A stretch of 64,000 nucleotides of DNA, taken from the NCBI GenBank assembly GCA_028714455.1, contig JAQTMG010000001.1, positions 568 to 64,567 of the forward strand, in the 5' to 3' direction. Numbering within the stretch: position 1 is the stretch's first letter; the number at the start of each line of letters is the position of its first letter. Made by a program: the position numbers and the translations under genes. Shown here in pieces: positions 63,826 to 64,000 of the stretch. The notes beneath the pieces were generated by a model. The model ran no database searches. It saw only the letters and a list, made by a program, of their open reading frames with translations, and was not told where the DNA came from. The stretch comes from Patescibacteria group bacterium (lineage in GTDB: Bacteria; Patescibacteriota; Patescibacteriia; CAIXNZ01).

Positions 63826-64000
63826 ATGATAAAAAATTATTGCCGACACGAGTGGGAAAAACACACTAACGTAAAAGCTGGCGGTATACCATCTACTTAC
63901 TTATGCAAAAAGTGCAATTCCATCATGACTGCGGCTGAGGTTTTCCAACTCGAGGCGCTTGAAAATCTAACCGGTTTTCAAAGGTGGTTGTCAATCTTAG
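63826..64000 (+). CDS. partial ORF at window edge (MIKNYCRHEWEKHTNVKAGGIPSTYLCKKCNS...), possible zinc-ribbon protein
   Basis: Open to window end; CxH...CKKC; no SD. Confidence 0.2.
   Translation, partial: MIKNYCRHEWEKHTNVKAGGIPSTYLCKKCNSIMTAAEVFQLEALENLTGFQRWLSIL

Noticed and set aside
1-64000. CRISPR array / cas genes
   Set aside because: No regularly spaced direct repeats of 24-40 bp with unique spacers were found; the periodic repeats present are 7-nt tandem arrays and ~50-bp units near tRNAs, not CRISPR-like.

Overview
AT-rich (~37% GC) compact bacterial window with Rho-independent terminators after most genes and many sigma70-like consensus promoters. Gene content and style suggest a small-genome (CPR/Patescibacteria-like) organism. 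Core genes recognised from the translations: uvrB, smc-like, H+-pyrophosphatase, comM/yifB, LspA-methyltransferase fusion, dksA/traR-like, pnp, rpsO, xerC/D, cspA, ftsH, pilB/gspE, tsaE, tsaD, tadA, DEAD-box helicase, polA, holA, rpsT, rmuC, P-type ATPase, ychF, a THUMP RNA methyltransferase, and 9 tRNA genes (Gly, Pro, Arg-UCU, His, Glu, Cys, Arg-CCU, Ala, Val). No CRISPR array or rRNA was seen. Observations that the gene list does not explain: (1) a dispersed family of tandem heptamer repeats (consensus RAGCYCN, built around the palindrome GAGCTC) at seven or more loci, mostly in 5' leaders and once in-frame inside tsaE; (2) an 80-nt element that is 100% identical upstream of two different tRNA-Arg genes 32 kb apart, containing a partial 5' tRNA duplicate split by a 45-nt double-hairpin insert, plus a 14-mer hairpin CCGCCAGAGGCGGA recurring four times near tRNA, GIY-YIG and IVS-protein genes; (3) a repeat-laden tRNA cluster (60.5-61.0 kb) with ~50-bp repeat units and inverted copies abutting tRNA 5' ends; (4) two promoter-plus-terminator-bounded structured ncRNA candidates (25.7-26.0 kb and 17.56-17.75 kb); (5) several GC-rich (45-55%) presumably horizontally acquired modules: a small-protein paralog operon at 6.2-7.3 kb, a paralog pair with a Cys/Trp-rich C-terminal domain beside xerC and tRNA-Arg, a Cys/His-rich singleton at 52.8-53.9 kb, and a GIY-YIG / tRNA-Glu / DEAH helicase neighbourhood. 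All calls are from sequence inspection only; no searches were run.
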